From the NCBI GenBank assembly GCA_026397405.1, contig JAPLUW010000001.1, positions 171,138 through 235,137 of the forward strand: DNA of 64,000 bases. Reading direction: 5' to 3'. The position numbers and the translations under genes are program-made. Under the pieces are notes generated by a model. That model worked only from the letters and a program-made list of their open reading frames with translations, made no database searches and was not told the DNA's origin. How positions within the stretch are numbered: position 1 is the first letter of the stretch; the number at the start of each line of letters is the position of its first letter. Below are positions 61,822 through 64,000 of this stretch, piece after piece. The DNA is from Candidatus Adlerbacteria bacterium (GTDB lineage Bacteria > Patescibacteriota > Minisyncoccia > Phycocordibacterales > SBAW01).

Positions 61822-62787
61822 ATGCAACTCGGGCAAAACAAAAAAATTATATCTGTGGCAACCCTAGTACTGCTGTGTATGGGAGTAGCCGTGGTTCTGT
61901 GGCTGCGGACACATCCCGCAACACCCACAGGCGATACTACTCAAATCGCATACTGGAAGGGGCGTATTGAAATAGAAGGCGCAGGGAAAGCGTACGCTGG
62001 CTTAGCATGCAGTTTAAAAAACAAAACGGGAGTACAAGGGCATACAGAGGCGCACTACTTTGGCGCAGCACTGTATCAAGAAGTTGGGTTGGCCGGTGCG
62101 TTTACATGCGACGACCGGTTTCAATATGGCTGCCTGCACGAACTGCTCGGGCGTGCACTGCATGCACAAGGTGTGTCTGTACTGCCAGCATTGCACGCCT
62201 TGTGTGTACAGTCGGAAGCGGCGGACCCATATTCGCTATGCGAACATGGTATTGGCCACGGCCTACTTTCATATGTTGGATACGATGCACAGGCACTCAC
62301 CCGCGCTCTTTCATTATGCAAAAATTCTTCAACACCGGCTGCTGCGGGCAAATGCGAAGCAGGTGTATTTATGGAATATTTTGATCAGACAATGCTGGGC
62401 GCAGACACTCCCCCATTCAAAATATCTAAAGACAGTCCATTTGCCCCTTGCAGTGGGTTTTCGGCATCCGAACACGCGCAGTGTGTCAGTTTTATGCCAC
62501 GAGTCTGGAGGAAAAATTTCTGGCCCACCTCTGCCACAAGCACTGCGGCAGTAACCGCAACAGGCCGCTACTGCGAGTCGTTGCCTGAACATTTTTTACA
62601 AATTTCCTGCTTTGCAGGTATTGGAAATGAAATATACATACATGCACAAGGAAATACTGCCATTGCAGATGCACTGTGTTCACAGTACAGCAACGAACAG
62701 TCTTTGGTTGCCTCATGCATACAAGAAGTGGCACACCTTGCGGCCATAGACACAAGTTCTACTCACCCAGATGCATGCACACCCTAG
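61822..62787 (+). CDS. Hypothetical membrane-anchored Cys-rich extracytoplasmic protein
   Basis: Start placed at MQLGQNKKIISVATLVLLCMGVAVVLWL; about 16 Cys in extracellular part. Confidence 0.45.
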   Translation: MQLGQNKKIISVATLVLLCMGVAVVLWLRTHPATPTGDTTQIAYWKGRIEIEGAGKAYAGLACSLKNKTGVQGHTEAHYFGAALYQEVGLAGAFTCDDRFQYGCLHELLGRALHAQGVSVLPALHALCVQSEAADPYSLCEHGIGHGLLSYVGYDAQALTRALSLCKNSSTPAAAGKCEAGVFMEYFDQTMLGADTPPFKISKDSPFAPCSGFSASEHAQCVSFMPRVWRKNFWPTSATSTAAVTATGRYCESLPEHFLQISCFAGIGNEIYIHAQGNTAIADALCSQYSNEQSLVASCIQEVAHLAAIDTSSTHPDACTP

Positions 62788-62790
62788 ATA

Positions 62791-63906
62791 TTACCCAAAC
62801 GTAAACGTATATGCGTCCAGCCCCGGTGAGGAAACTTTAATTTCTATAACGTGCTCTGCCTGTGTTGCGCCTTCAACTAATTTATAGAGCCTCGACTCTT
62901 GTACATGCACCTGTCCTTGCACATCGACGTCAGCACCTTTGTTTGCAGTAATTATTTTGCCGTCTACATATATAGTTAGCGTCACGTCCTTTGCAGCACT
63001 TGCAACCAAATACACATCTTTTGCACTGTAGTGGTACGTGATAGTTGCATGTGCAGATATGTTTTCTGCATACTCGCTTCCAAAATTCCACATACCGCCC
63101 AGGTACAGCGTGTTTGGTGCAGCATTAGCTAGAGCGGGTGCCACAAGAGTCTGTGTACCTTGTGTTTGCTGCGCGCCGTTTCCTAAATATTGGTTCCGCG
63201 CAAATCCAAAATATGTTTCTGGGCTCGCAGTTTGTATCGTGCTCGTGACGTCGACAAATCCAGTCGGAATTGGTGCCACTAACCCGAGTGTTTGGTTGCG
63301 TTCTGCAAGTAGTTTTTGAATAGCACTTTCAGTTTCTTCATAGTTTCCCTCCCCAATAGAGTGTTCGCGCACCAAACCGTCGGTGTCGATAAGATATTCT
63401 GCTGGCCAATATTGGTTGTGGTACGCACCCCACGTGTATAAGTTACTATCCAAAATAACTGGGTAGGTAATACCAAATTTCTGTACTGCCGCTTGCACAT
63501 TGGCGAGCACTTTTTCAAATGCAAATTCTGGAGCGTGCACACCAACAATGGTAAACCCGTAGTTTTTATACTTCTGGTACCACGCTTCCAGATATGGAAT
63601 AGTGCGCATGCAGTTGATGCAGCTGTATGTCCAAAAATCCACAAGTACAACCCTGTGTTGCTGGTTAATAAGTGTGTCGAGTGTGGTTGTTGCCGGCGTA
63701 TTTATATATCCGTCGGGCGATACAAACTCATTCGCCTTGGAGTACAACACACTGTTGGCCGCAAAGTTTGCCGAATGTGCACCTACTGCAACAGGCACGC
63801 CAGAAGGGCCCGGACCCGCCTTCCCGCTTTCCAAATACCAGATGATCGCTGCAATAAGTACAAGAACCACGACAAGTGTAGTAGTGCGTTTTGTTGTGGC
63901 GTTCAT
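62791..63906 (-). CDS. Membrane-anchored TlpA/ResA-like thioredoxin-fold oxidoreductase with C-terminal beta domain
   Basis: 371 aa; TM anchor; VLVDFWTYSCINCMRTIPYL (CxxC) redoxin motif. Confidence 0.7.
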   Translation of the reverse strand: MNATTKRTTTLVVVLVLIAAIIWYLESGKAGPGPSGVPVAVGAHSANFAANSVLYSKANEFVSPDGYINTPATTTLDTLINQQHRVVLVDFWTYSCINCMRTIPYLEAWYQKYKNYGFTIVGVHAPEFAFEKVLANVQAAVQKFGITYPVILDSNLYTWGAYHNQYWPAEYLIDTDGLVREHSIGEGNYEETESAIQKLLAERNQTLGLVAPIPTGFVDVTSTIQTASPETYFGFARNQYLGNGAQQTQGTQTLVAPALANAAPNTLYLGGMWNFGSEYAENISAHATITYHYSAKDVYLVASAAKDVTLTIYVDGKIITANKGADVDVQGQVHVQESRLYKLVEGATQAEHVIEIKVSSPGLDAYTFTFG

Positions 63907-64000
63907 ACTGTTATTTCAAAAAGAAGTTATTAATAACATCTAAGTTACCTAATAGTGAAAGGTCGTTTGTAAACACGAGTATGCCAAGGAGCACGAGTAG

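Noticed and set aside
1-64000. CRISPR arrays, rRNA genes, prophage structural genes
   Set aside because: No regularly spaced direct repeats, no rRNA-like conserved stretches, and no capsid/terminase/tail homologues recognised anywhere in the window.

Overview
This 64-kb window comes from a roughly 50% GC bacterial chromosome. The gene content is consistent with a small-genome, episymbiont-like (Patescibacteria/CPR-type) organism, though that is inference: there are giant S/T/G-rich surface proteins, many small membrane proteins, a long minus-strand operon rich in aminoacyl-tRNA synthetases, and rplK is followed by a terminator rather than rplA. The core content is housekeeping. It includes rplJ (partial), ftsK, recA, an ECF sigma/anti-sigma pair, efp, rpsF-ssb-rpsR, an MFS efflux pump, and the minus-strand run tatD-metG-AI2E-glyQS-hyp-recO-ileS-argS. 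It also includes glyA, a compact dTTP/folate cluster (mazG-like, tmk, dCMP deaminase, thyA, dcd, folA, a frameshifted cofE-like gene, folB), rplK-nusG-secE, a SIMPL protein, a DsbA-like protein, mscL, five tRNAs (His, Leu, Val, Arg, Ser), rplS, rluA, mntH, a PLD-like protein, dedA, csaA, ruvX and a TlpA-like redoxin. Beyond the housekeeping genes, eight features merit follow-up. (1) A ~10-kb AT-rich genomic island (about 42.8-52.85 kb) is inserted at the 3' end of tRNA-His, bounded by an exact 14-bp direct repeat. It carries a large serine recombinase, a degenerate small resolvase paralogue, two DNA methyltransferases and two nuclease-like ORFs (a candidate restriction/defence module). (2) Three single-gene cassettes have conspicuously high GC. 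Each has its own near-consensus sigma70 promoter, a palindromic element and a strong intrinsic terminator, and they are inserted among core genes. (3) ileS carries an embedded histidine-phosphatase (PGAM-like) domain. (4) A cofE-like gene is interrupted at a C4/G4 homopolymer. (5) A free-standing double-LAGLIDADG endonuclease gene sits next to tRNA-Ser. (6) A small resolvase-like paralogue with its catalytic Ser replaced lies just upstream of the large serine recombinase. (7) A 9-bp-armed palindrome brackets the promoter region of a 2OG-oxygenase-like gene. (8) A 550-nt non-coding region lies upstream of the giant surface-protein gene. No CRISPR array, rRNA, tmRNA or RNase P RNA was recognised.
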